From Candidatus Hermodarchaeota archaeon (lineage in GTDB: Archaea > Asgardarchaeota > Hermodarchaeia > Hermodarchaeales > Hermodarchaeaceae), in contig JAEOTO010000033.1 in the NCBI GenBank assembly GCA_016839805.1, positions 1-64,000 of the forward strand: DNA of 64,000 bases. Reading direction: 5' to 3'. Positions 47,066 through 56,011 of the stretch are shown here, one piece after another. The first letter of the stretch is position 1. Each line of letters opens with the position of its first letter. The translations under genes and the position numbers were made by a program. The notes beneath the pieces were generated by a model. That model ran no database searches. It saw only the letters and a program-made list of their open reading frames with translations, and had not been told where the DNA came from.

Positions 47066-49249
47066 ATGATAACGATAATCATACTAGGTGTGGCGATATT
47101 CGCTGGGTTGCTCGCAATTCTAGTGGCGTTCATTTTCTTTCGATTAGTGATGCGAAGTGATGAAGGTAATGAACGTATGCGCGAAGTCAGTCAGCTGATT
47201 GAGGAGGGAGCACATTCCTTTCTCAGTATTCAATACCGTGTGCTCGCAGGCTTTGTCGTTGTGATGGCGATAATCATTACTCTTGCTGAGTTCTTTTTTA
47301 GTGGAACGGGGCTAGCCTCCGTTGCACTGGCAGTTGCCATTTCGTTTGTGATTGGTGCATTTGCTAGTATGACAGCTGGTTACGTAGGAATGGCGGTGGC
47401 AACCAAGGCCAATCGTCGGACTGCAGCTGCTGCCGCTGCTGGGGGATTAAATCCGGCTTTTCGTGTAGCCTTCCGTGCTGGTTCGGTAATGGGATTAATC
47501 ATTAGTGGTATCGCCTTGATTGGAATTGGAGGGTTGTTTCTTACTTGGAATGTCATTTTCCCCTATTTCGGTCCCGTTGCCTTATGGGAGATTATCGCTG
47601 GTTTTTCCTTTGGTGCAAGTAGCATCGCTCTCTTCGCTCGAGCGGGTGGTGGTATTTACACTAAAACTGCTGATGTAGCAGCTGATATTGTGGGAAAAAT
47701 CGAACAAAACATTCCTGAAGACGACCCGCGTAATCCTGCTGCAATAGCAGATGCAGTCGGAGACAATGTCGGCGACGTTGCTGGAACGGGAGCTGATATC
47801 TTTGATAGCAATATCGCTGCGATTCTTGCGGCAGCCATTCTTGGGGCTTCCATTGATCTCGTTTTGATCTTAAATGGTATCATTACGCCGATTCCTTACG
47901 GTTTAATTCCGCTGATCATAGCAGCTCTCGGGGCGTTAGCGTCAGTGGCAGGTGTTTTTGCTGTTCGGACACATGATTATTGTGAACCTGATTGTTCACT
48001 GAACCGTGGAACCTACTTTGCTACTATTCTCTTTGCTATTCTTGTTGTAATCGTTCTATTCTTACTCCAGATACCCATCGTGATTGCCATTTCCGGCGTA
48101 CTGGGGCTTTTAACCGGAGTACTCATTGGTTTTGTGTCAGCTGTGTTTACCAGCGATTATGGAGCGGGACGATTCCAACCGGTTCAGAGCATGGTCCGAT
48201 CATCGGAAACCAGTCCTGCCACTCTTGTGTTATCCGGTTATTCCTATGGCTTGCTCAGTACGATTCCATCTGTTGTTGGGATTGTTATTGCGCTGGTTGC
48301 ATCGTTTGTCCTTGGAGCTCTGATTCCTGTTCCGGGTAATATTGGGTTCTGGCAAGCGGGAGTATTTTCTGTGGCTATTGCGGCTGTTGGCTTGCTTGCA
48401 ACCAATGGTCTTGTAGTGAGTTCTGATGCTTATGGGCCAATTGTTGACAACGCCCGTGGGATTATCGAACAATCAGGAGCCCCGGAGGAAGCTATTGAAG
48501 CATGTGATAAGCTTGATGCTTTAGGGAATACGACGAAGGCGATAACGAAGGGTTTTGCCATTGGAGCGACAGGATTCACGGTAATTGCACTTTTTGCCGC
48601 GTATATTCAACTTGCCTCTAATATGACTGGAGGGATTATCTTCATTGATTTGCTAAATCCCGTCGTACTTGCGGGAGCCTTGATCGGTGGAATTTTGCCA
48701 GCGGGTTTCTCTGCTGCATTGATTCTTGGTGTCCAAAAAAATGCAGATAAACTCATCCGGGAGATTCGACGTCAATTCCGAGAAGACCCAGGTATACTCG
48801 AAGGCACAGCAACCCCTGATTACGATCGTGGCATCAAAATTGCGACAGCAGGTGCGCTTCGGGAACTTCTTCCAGCAACCATTGCCGCGATTGTCGTCAC
48901 TATTATTACGGGCGTCGTGTTGGGATTAGAAGCCTTGGCCGCGTATCTAGCAGGAGCGGTGATTACTGGATTGATCCTCGCGCTGTTCATGGATAATGCT
49001 GGGGGAGCTTGGGATAATACAAAGAAATTCATCGAATCGCCAGAATACAATCATGACCGAGAAGATTATCACATCGTTCATTCCGCTGCGATAACGGGTG
49101 ACACTATTGGTGATCCCTTCAAGGACACGGCAGGCCCATCAATCAATACGTTGTTGACTGTAATCTCACTTACAGCAACCCTCTTCCTACCACTAATTTT
49201 TGCTGGTCATCTTTGGATTCAAAGCCTTATCCTCATTCTAATCCCATGA
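47066..49249 (+). CDS. hppA: Membrane-bound H+-translocating pyrophosphatase, K+-independent type
   Basis: GGGIYTKTADVAAD, IPEDDPRN, GDNVGD, DAYGPIVDNA, GNTTKA (Lys at the K+-dependence position), GGAWDN, GDPFKDTAGP. Confidence 0.95.
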   Translation: MITIIILGVAIFAGLLAILVAFIFFRLVMRSDEGNERMREVSQLIEEGAHSFLSIQYRVLAGFVVVMAIIITLAEFFFSGTGLASVALAVAISFVIGAFASMTAGYVGMAVATKANRRTAAAAAAGGLNPAFRVAFRAGSVMGLIISGIALIGIGGLFLTWNVIFPYFGPVALWEIIAGFSFGASSIALFARAGGGIYTKTADVAADIVGKIEQNIPEDDPRNPAAIADAVGDNVGDVAGTGADIFDSNIAAILAAAILGASIDLVLILNGIITPIPYGLIPLIIAALGALASVAGVFAVRTHDYCEPDCSLNRGTYFATILFAILVVIVLFLLQIPIVIAISGVLGLLTGVLIGFVSAVFTSDYGAGRFQPVQSMVRSSETSPATLVLSGYSYGLLSTIPSVVGIVIALVASFVLGALIPVPGNIGFWQAGVFSVAIAAVGLLATNGLVVSSDAYGPIVDNARGIIEQSGAPEEAIEACDKLDALGNTTKAITKGFAIGATGFTVIALFAAYIQLASNMTGGIIFIDLLNPVVLAGALIGGILPAGFSAALILGVQKNADKLIREIRRQFREDPGILEGTATPDYDRGIKIATAGALRELLPATIAAIVVTIITGVVLGLEALAAYLAGAVITGLILALFMDNAGGAWDNTKKFIESPEYNHDREDYHIVHSAAITGDTIGDPFKDTAGPSINTLLTVISLTATLFLPLIFAGHLWIQSLILILIP

Positions 49250-49280
49250 ATCTATAATAAACTAAATGCTCATTTCAATG

Positions 49281-50696
49281 TTAGATATCGCCCTCTTTGA
49301 TGAGCCATCGTTGACGGCTTTCATCCCATCGAGTATAGGTGTCAACTGCCGAGGGTGTGCCGATGTTATCTCCCCGGCGAACAGCTACTACGTCCGTCAC
49401 ACCAGAGTAATTGCTCAAAGCCTGTACAAGCTGACCGGTGATTGCTCCACAGCGACTGGGTTGATGGAAGGAGATGAAGACTCCGGAATCAAGAATGGAA
49501 ATAAAGGAATATGGCAAAAGGGAGGGTAAAAGAGCAACTTGATCACGGATTTCGTTGTTGCATTGAACAAGTAGTGTAACAAAGGATTCGAAAAACGGCG
49601 CTTCGTAATAGACCATAGGCGCGTGGATTTCTTCGTTGCGAAATCGGAGAAGTTTTGCCCAGATAGTTTTTTTGGACAGTTCGAATCCGCGTTTATCTAG
49701 TTCCTTCTTGATGAACTCGATGTTTAATGGTCGTACATGGTTGCGTGCTAGTTGTCCAAGCAGAAAATCTAGTTGGCTAAAATGCATAGGTTCAGAATAT
49801 TTCAATCCATGGGGTTTGGGGATAGAATAACTATGAGATTGGATAAATTGCAGCATGGCTTCTGAGACGAGTGGAGAATCGCATATCCATGAATTAGATT
49901 TAGTATCATAGGCATCAAATGACATAGTATAGGCGGCGTCGAGAGTCCTCGCGATTGTCAAATCTTGAAAAAACGCATTCTGAAGCCAGGTTAATCTTTG
50001 ATTAAACAACTGGTGTCCTTTGGGTTGATCTGGAATTGTGAAAGTCATGAACCCAATACGATAGTCTTCATCAAAGGTGAAAGCTCTTAGAAACAGAGGT
50101 CGTTCGCGCTGGATAAATTGCACTAATTCCTTTGAGTGGTCAAGTGATTTTGTGCGAAAGATTATGAGCATATGCGCGAGTTTGAATTTATGATAATCAA
50201 GAAAATTTGCGACGGTAAAACCAAAGTAACGGCGAAGATCCTCTAACTCTTTTCGAATGGTGCGAGGAGTTGAATTAACTTTTCTCGCTAATTGGCTACT
50301 AGGAATAACAGGGTCATCATAGAGGTGAAGTAGAAGTCGAACTTTTCGTGGAGACAACCTGAGTTCTAGTGGATAGGGAGGTAAGTAGGAGAAGGCTGTC
50401 ATGATGTCGATGATTCGGTGAACATCAGTTATTTCGTACCGTTCGATTAGATCAAGTCGTTGTTCAAAGAAATCAGCTAACTCAGGGCTAGAATCTAGGT
50501 GCGCAGCAAAGGAAATGCGAGGATGTGGAGGAGGAAACTTTTCAGAATCAGGAATCGGTTCGCCTCGAGCCTTTTTGATGAATAAGAGAGCATTTGCTAA
50601 AAAGAGTTCAAGACTTTTCCTATCTCCTTTAGGCTGAGCCTTCCGAATAATGCGATTCGTTCGTTCTTCCAGTGACGTCTCTGAAACAAGCTTCAT
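49281..50696 (-). CDS. Large double wHTH/RAM transcriptional regulator (paralog 4)
   Basis: LSPRKVRLLLHLYDDPVIPSSQLARKV; DYHKFKL and IPDQP shared with paralog 2; C-terminal RWDESRQRWLIKEGDI. Confidence 0.82.
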   Translation of the reverse strand: MKLVSETSLEERTNRIIRKAQPKGDRKSLELFLANALLFIKKARGEPIPDSEKFPPPHPRISFAAHLDSSPELADFFEQRLDLIERYEITDVHRIIDIMTAFSYLPPYPLELRLSPRKVRLLLHLYDDPVIPSSQLARKVNSTPRTIRKELEDLRRYFGFTVANFLDYHKFKLAHMLIIFRTKSLDHSKELVQFIQRERPLFLRAFTFDEDYRIGFMTFTIPDQPKGHQLFNQRLTWLQNAFFQDLTIARTLDAAYTMSFDAYDTKSNSWICDSPLVSEAMLQFIQSHSYSIPKPHGLKYSEPMHFSQLDFLLGQLARNHVRPLNIEFIKKELDKRGFELSKKTIWAKLLRFRNEEIHAPMVYYEAPFFESFVTLLVQCNNEIRDQVALLPSLLPYSFISILDSGVFISFHQPSRCGAITGQLVQALSNYSGVTDVVAVRRGDNIGTPSAVDTYTRWDESRQRWLIKEGDI

Positions 50697-51180
50697 TAAA
50701 GAAATTCAAGGAATTTTCCTTGTTAAAAAGGTCATTAAACTGGCAAGAGAAACAAGCTGAAATTACTATGCGAAAGCCTAAACCTCTACAGAGAGTGGCG
50801 TAGATTACTAGAAAACGGAGATTAATGCGGATTAAATTAATAAAAAACCGCTGTTTAGTCATATTTTCTCAAAAAATAGTTATTAAACCACTCAATCGCG
50901 AATTCAATACCTATTGGGAGTCTATTACCCGATTTTTATACTCTTCCAGGATTAATTCGTATTAGTCCTAATGTTTGGAACTACTGTTGGACAACGCGTA
51001 CAAAACAGAAGTCAGGATCTATGGCGGAATAGGTTGGGTTACTACCAGCCAATCGGAAGGGAATTTCAAAGCCATTAGTGAATTTACCTATTCTAAATTA
51101 ACAGTCTAAGATTTTTTAGAAAGAGGGAAAAAGTACCCGTGATAAATTTTGGACACAAGTAACTTATGAAGTGAATAACT

Positions 51181-51465
51181 ATGTCATTATCAAACCAATC
51201 TCAATATAACATTTCACCCTATGTCAATCAACTCCAACTGTCCTCTAATACACAAAAACGCGCTGAAGCCATTCTCTTTGACGTGGACCGAGCAGGTCTA
51301 ACATCTAGGAAAACTCCTGAAAGCCTCATTGCAGCGGCACTCTATATTGCATGTATCTTAGAAGATGAACGGCGGACTCAGAAGAAGATTGGTCAGGTAA
51401 CAGGGGTTTCACCACAGACGATTCAAACACGCTACAGGCAACTCGTCCATGAACTTGAAATTTGA
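51181..51465 (+). CDS. Stand-alone TFB/TFIIB cyclin-repeat protein
   Basis: SRKTPESLIAAALYIAC...RRTQKKIGQVTGVSPQTIQTRY matches the TFB C-terminal repeat; no Zn ribbon. Confidence 0.85.
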   Translation: MSLSNQSQYNISPYVNQLQLSSNTQKRAEAILFDVDRAGLTSRKTPESLIAAALYIACILEDERRTQKKIGQVTGVSPQTIQTRYRQLVHELEI

Positions 51466-51572
51466 TCGGGCTAGCCTCTTATTTAATGTGTTCTGAGAAG
51501 TAAGTGGTCATGTGACCTAGAAATCCAAGCCCTTATAAGCAGCGTGAAGCGAACTTTTTCTGAGGTTTATCA

Positions 51573-51869
51573 ATTATACCTCAAATTTCTCAGACTCATC
51601 TCGATATTTCTGATTATAGTAATCGACTTGATTTTTCTCCCTCAACACAGTCACAAGCAGAAGATATCCTCTTGAAGATCCGGGAATCGCAAATTAATTT
51701 AAAAAAATCCCCTAACACCCTTATTGCAGTAGCCCTCTATATTGCGGGTATCTTAGAAAACGAGCCCCGAACAATGGCTCAAATCAGTCAGGTCACTGGT
51801 GTGTCCCAAGGTACGATTCAAAAACGGAAGACCGAGATTGTTCGTGAGCTTGGAATTCGAAGAGAATAA
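51573..51869 (+). CDS. Stand-alone TFB/TFIIB cyclin-repeat protein, ATT/ATA start
   Basis: Homology to 51181 extends upstream of the track TTG (IPQISQTHLDISDYSNRLDFSPSTQSQAEDIL). In-frame TGA at 51561; SD GAGGT precedes ATT 51573/ATA 51576. Confidence 0.8.
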   Translation: MIPQISQTHLDISDYSNRLDFSPSTQSQAEDILLKIRESQINLKKSPNTLIAVALYIAGILENEPRTMAQISQVTGVSQGTIQKRKTEIVRELGIRRE

Positions 51870-52011
51870 CTAGGTCAGGATTATATTCCGAGTTGGAAAA
51901 CTTGGAACCCCCTCTTTTTCTTATTGACACTTGGTCAGGGCGAACCGCTTAAATGACAGAACCACAATGTACATTTACACCGGAGCTAAGGTGCTAATTG
52001 AGGTTCAAGGT

Positions 52012-53409
52012 ATGACTACGAAAGACACTGATGCAATTCTAGCAACCCCTCGGACTCGCATCACTAAGCATGTAATATGCCCATTTTGTGGTTGTCTCTG
52101 TGACGACATTGAAGTTGCGGTAACCATGACCGGACCCCTCCCACGAGTTCCTGAAGGCACCATTGTTGAAGCCTTGAATGCGTGTCGAATCGGACATACT
52201 AAGTTCTTGAAGGTTCGAGATGAGTATCGTATTTACAAACCAGAGCTACGGTCCGGTTCGGATAAATCCGAGGTAAAACATGTGTCCATTGAAGAGGCTG
52301 TACAGGCAGCAGCAAAGATACTTGCGAATGCTAAACGCCCTGTGATCTATGGCTTGGCGAGTACCTCTAATGAAGCAAATGTCAAAGCCTTAGAACTGGC
52401 TGAAGTATCAGGCGCTATTGTAGATAATACCTCATCTGTGTGTCATGGTCCAGGGATTGAAGCGGTCCAACGTGTAGGGATTGGCACCGCTACCTTAGGT
52501 AAAATCAAGAACTATTCAGATTTGATTATTTATTGGGGTTGCAATCCAATTGCCGCCCATCCACGTCATACACGACGGTATTCGCAATTCATTGAAGGTC
52601 TCTTCCGACAGGTCGAAGATCGTAAGATCTATCACATCGATGTTCGCCCTACACGGTTCTCTGATCAAGTCACTAATTTCATTCAAGTTGAACCTAACAA
52701 AGATTATGAGTTATTACAAGCGGTACGATCTTTGCTTCGTGGACATGAATTACAGGCTTCAGAAGTTGCAGGAGTTCCCATGCGACAGGTTCGTGAGTTA
52801 ACAGCGGATTTAAAAAACGCCCAATTTACCACGATATTCTTTGGATTAGGACTAACACAGAGCCACGGAAAAGACCATAACATCTCAGTTGCCATCGACC
52901 TGACAGCCGATTTGAATCATTATACTAAAGCAGTAATTATGCCCTTGCGTGGACATTTCAACGTCACTGGATCTAACCATGTATCAACATGGACCTATGG
53001 GTATCCTTTTTCAGTTAGTCTTGAACATGGTGCTCCATATTACATGCCCGGTGAAACCAGTGCAGTGGATGTATTAGTCCGGGGAGAAGCAGATGCATTC
53101 TTTGCAATCGCGGCAGATCCTGCAGCCTCATTTCCCGCATCCGCGGTCAAGCAAATGCTCAACATTCCTGTGATTGTCCTTGATCCGAAGCGGTGTGTTA
53201 CAACAGAAATCGCTGATGTCGTCTTGCCTTCGGCGTACGTAGGGATTGAGGCTGATGGTGTTCAAACAGCATACCGAATGGATGGCATTCCCTTGCAACT
53301 GAGTAAAATTGTTGATGCTCCTGCAGGCATCAAAAGTGACGATCAAATCCTTGATATGCTAGTCCGCGAGGTCTGCAAGCTAAAGGGCATAAAACGCTAT
53401 CCCTATTAA
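52012..53409 (+). CDS. fwdB: Formylmethanofuran dehydrogenase subunit B (Cys form)
   Basis: CPFCGCLCDDI, DNTSSVCHGP, YWGCNP..AHPRH..RYS, RGHFNVTG, GETSAVD, AYRMDGIP. Confidence 0.93.
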   Translation: MTTKDTDAILATPRTRITKHVICPFCGCLCDDIEVAVTMTGPLPRVPEGTIVEALNACRIGHTKFLKVRDEYRIYKPELRSGSDKSEVKHVSIEEAVQAAAKILANAKRPVIYGLASTSNEANVKALELAEVSGAIVDNTSSVCHGPGIEAVQRVGIGTATLGKIKNYSDLIIYWGCNPIAAHPRHTRRYSQFIEGLFRQVEDRKIYHIDVRPTRFSDQVTNFIQVEPNKDYELLQAVRSLLRGHELQASEVAGVPMRQVRELTADLKNAQFTTIFFGLGLTQSHGKDHNISVAIDLTADLNHYTKAVIMPLRGHFNVTGSNHVSTWTYGYPFSVSLEHGAPYYMPGETSAVDVLVRGEADAFFAIAADPAASFPASAVKQMLNIPVIVLDPKRCVTTEIADVVLPSAYVGIEADGVQTAYRMDGIPLQLSKIVDAPAGIKSDDQILDMLVREVCKLKGIKRYPY

Positions 53410-54077
53410 ACTTCCAACTTTTCAAGGATTTTAGTAATTGTCCAACTTTCAAAATTTGAGATAATGAAATCAGCTTCTGAAAGGTCATTTGACGGATTAG
53501 TAGTTGTCAGGGCAACACATCGCATCTTCGCAGCTTTGGCAGCGGCTACACCAATCGGTGAGTCTTCAAAAACAAGACATCGCGAAGGTCTAACCCCTAA
53601 TGTTTGAGCGCCAAGAAGATAGGCTTCAGGATCTGGTTTCAATCGAGTGACTTGAATTCCATCAACAATAGGATGGTTTCCTTCCAAACCTTGACTTTTC
53701 AGAGCCGCAGCAATATTTTGAGGGTGACCCGTGCTTACAAAGGCGATAAGCAATTTGGCATCTACAACCGAGTGATAGAATGCAAGAAATCCTGGAACCG
53801 AGTTTAGGTCACCGGATGCCACATGTTCACGGTAAAGGGCACGGCGTTTATCAACCCAAAGCTTGTAATCTTCAGTGATTCCATGTTCTTTGAATAGAGT
53901 GGTCATGATTGAGACTGAACCCACTCCGAGAAACCGTGATTTCCATTCCTTCTCGGTAATATGTATATCTAGAGAGGCTAATAACTCATTGAAGGTCGCT
54001 AGGTGAAGAAGTTCACTTTCAACCACAACTCCGTCAACATCAAACAAAACAGCTTCAATTTGTTGTCTAGTGAACAT
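53406..54077 (-). CDS. HAD-family phosphatase (beta-PGM-like)
   Basis: FDVDGV, KPDPEAY, FEDSPIG. Confidence 0.92.
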   Translation of the reverse strand: MFTRQQIEAVLFDVDGVVVESELLHLATFNELLASLDIHITEKEWKSRFLGVGSVSIMTTLFKEHGITEDYKLWVDKRRALYREHVASGDLNSVPGFLAFYHSVVDAKLLIAFVSTGHPQNIAAALKSQGLEGNHPIVDGIQVTRLKPDPEAYLLGAQTLGVRPSRCLVFEDSPIGVAAAKAAKMRCVALTTTNPSNDLSEADFIISNFESWTITKILEKLEV

Positions 54078-54085
54078 GGATTAAA

Positions 54086-54868
54086 CTATCTCCGTTCATG
54101 ATTGAAAAGAAAGTGTTCGAGGTCCTCCAAGGTTCCCGAACCATCGATTCGATATTGAAAGCGTTTAGCTTCTTTTTTAGCAGAATTGCCAATCTCTTTG
54201 GATAGAATACCTAGCCGTCCCTTTTCTTGATCAAGATCCACAAGGAAAGTTGTCATACTCAAAGCCGAGGCAGACATATCGCTGATGGAATCATTGCCTG
54301 CCATGAGGCATTCCTTGGGTTTTCGATTGATAAGGTCTAAGATGGTTTGATAGTATTCTGGACGGGGTTTACAGTAAGACATGTTTTCAGCGTGTGTCAT
54401 AAGGGTGATCTTCAAATCCGCAATATTTGCCCATCCAAGTCTGGTGCGAGATGCTAGTTCAGGGAAGATAGGATTGGTGGCAATCACCACTTGAATTCCA
54501 GCGTCTAATACTCTTTTGAGCAATTCCCGCCCATAAGGAACCACAATTACAGTATCTCCCAGTTCATGAAATTTCTCTTCATAGAATTGCTTAAATCGGT
54601 TATTACATTCTTCGTAGCCAAGGGACAGCGTGTCTGCAATGAAATTATTGGTGAAAGCTTCAACGTTAGTTTGGCTACCATCATTTTGAATCATCTGCAG
54701 CGTGGATTTGAGAAGTTTTTGAAAGAAGGTGGCTTCATCAAAAAATTCCGAAAGGTAAGGATAAGCGAGTTTGGCATAGGCAACGAGGAACTGGTCCTCA
54801 TTGAAAAGCACAAGGGTGTTGTCGAAATCGATTAGTAGAGCCTTGATTGTCAAATGATGGTGCCCCAT
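54086..54868 (-). CDS. HAD-family hydrolase
   Basis: IDFDNTL, ATNPIFP, CKPRPEYY, MAGND...D. Confidence 0.9.
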   Translation of the reverse strand: MGHHHLTIKALLIDFDNTLVLFNEDQFLVAYAKLAYPYLSEFFDEATFFQKLLKSTLQMIQNDGSQTNVEAFTNNFIADTLSLGYEECNNRFKQFYEEKFHELGDTVIVVPYGRELLKRVLDAGIQVVIATNPIFPELASRTRLGWANIADLKITLMTHAENMSYCKPRPEYYQTILDLINRKPKECLMAGNDSISDMSASALSMTTFLVDLDQEKGRLGILSKEIGNSAKKEAKRFQYRIDGSGTLEDLEHFLFNHERR

Positions 54869-54912
54869 TGTTAGCGATTATTCATAAAAGGAGGCAAGGG
54901 TGTTTTTTATTT

Positions 54913-55341
54913 TCAGGATTCACTAACACCTTTGACCTCGATGTTTAATTTTGATGCGATATTTTGAATAAAGAATGTAATAGCAAAAGGAAGCGCGTTA
55001 TATTCTTCTTGAAACCCTTCAAAGCTAAGCGAGTGAACCCCTTCATGGCCAATCACACCAACTCCCCCATCCGATGAGACGAAATATTTTACTTCAGCTA
55101 ATTGTCCATTTGCTTCAAGAAGCGCCTTATACAGTTTGAGTTTATCCACTGATTTTACTGCATCAGCATCAACGATAGTAACGAAGAACCGCACCCATTT
55201 ATCACCACGGTCAATAATTAAGAAGAATCGTCGTTCTTCGATTTGGTATGGGAGTATAATACGATCCTCAGTTGAAATTACGCGGTAGGTTAGATTCATT
55301 TCTTTAAGATAGCCTTCAATTTTTTCCATTGTTGTCGTCAT
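54913..55341 (-). CDS. YbjN/CesT-like domain protein
   Basis: IEGYLKEMNLTY...LYKALLEANGQLAEVKYFV; paralog of the next gene. Confidence 0.65.
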   Translation of the reverse strand: MTTTMEKIEGYLKEMNLTYRVISTEDRIILPYQIEERRFFLIIDRGDKWVRFFVTIVDADAVKSVDKLKLYKALLEANGQLAEVKYFVSSDGGVGVIGHEGVHSLSFEGFQEEYNALPFAITFFIQNIASKLNIEVKGVSES

Positions 55342-55425
55342 GAAATTAACCTCAGTAGAAAGAACCATTCATGTCCAGCGTTAGAAAAACGTTTCTTCTC
55401 ATAAGCGGTTAACGGGGCTCTGGAA

Positions 55426-55890
55426 TCATGAGTAAATGGATAAATCATCATGGGAAGGTGGTTTGAGAGAAAGATTCAGGTTCTTCGCAATAGTGGTTAT
55501 GAAGTAGACAACTCCATAGGGAATGGCTCCAAATTCTTCGCGAAATCCATCAATGGTCAATATCTTTACACCTTCATGTCCTACGATTCCTACATCGCCC
55601 TTTTCGGTAATGAAATATTTCACTTCAGCTAATTGTTCATTCGCTTCCAAAAGTTTGCGATACAACGTGACCTGCTTTTTCTTGCTCTGTATCAGGTCAT
55701 GTCGCATAACGAGAGTCCAGAAGCGGACGAAATGCTTTGAAACATCAATTATTACGTCATACTTCAGCTTCTCTTCAGGCACTGAATAGGGAACTATTAT
55801 CCGCTGGATTTTCCCTTCAACGGGTTTGATCTCATAGGAGAGCTTCATTGATTTGAGGTAAGTGGTCACGATATCAAGGATTTCTGACAT
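55426..55890 (-). CDS. YbjN/CesT-like domain protein (tandem paralog)
   Basis: LYRKLLEANEQLAEVKYFI...VG..GHEGV shared with 54913. Confidence 0.65.
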   Translation of the reverse strand: MSEILDIVTTYLKSMKLSYEIKPVEGKIQRIIVPYSVPEEKLKYDVIIDVSKHFVRFWTLVMRHDLIQSKKKQVTLYRKLLEANEQLAEVKYFITEKGDVGIVGHEGVKILTIDGFREEFGAIPYGVVYFITTIAKNLNLSLKPPSHDDLSIYS

Positions 55891-55971
55891 TGAAGCTTCT
55901 CCATGAGTTAACGAATAGTCAACAGAACTTAAACGGGTTAAAAAATGCTATCTAAGAATCATCAGATCAGT

Positions 55972-56003
55972 AAAAAATTAGAGAGAGGTGCAATACTGCA
56001 CCT
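55972..56003 (-). terminator. Hairpin + T-tract after the MFS gene
   Basis: AGGTGCA-N4-TGCACCT stem followed on the minus strand by TTTTTT. Confidence 0.5.
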
Positions 56004-56011
56004 TGAGAAAG

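Noticed and set aside
50971-51078. 35-codon ORF in the long intergenic region
   Set aside because: No SD or recognisable features.
52430-52450. Selenocysteine in FwdB
   Set aside because: The active-site codon is TGT (Cys) and the ORF is uninterrupted.
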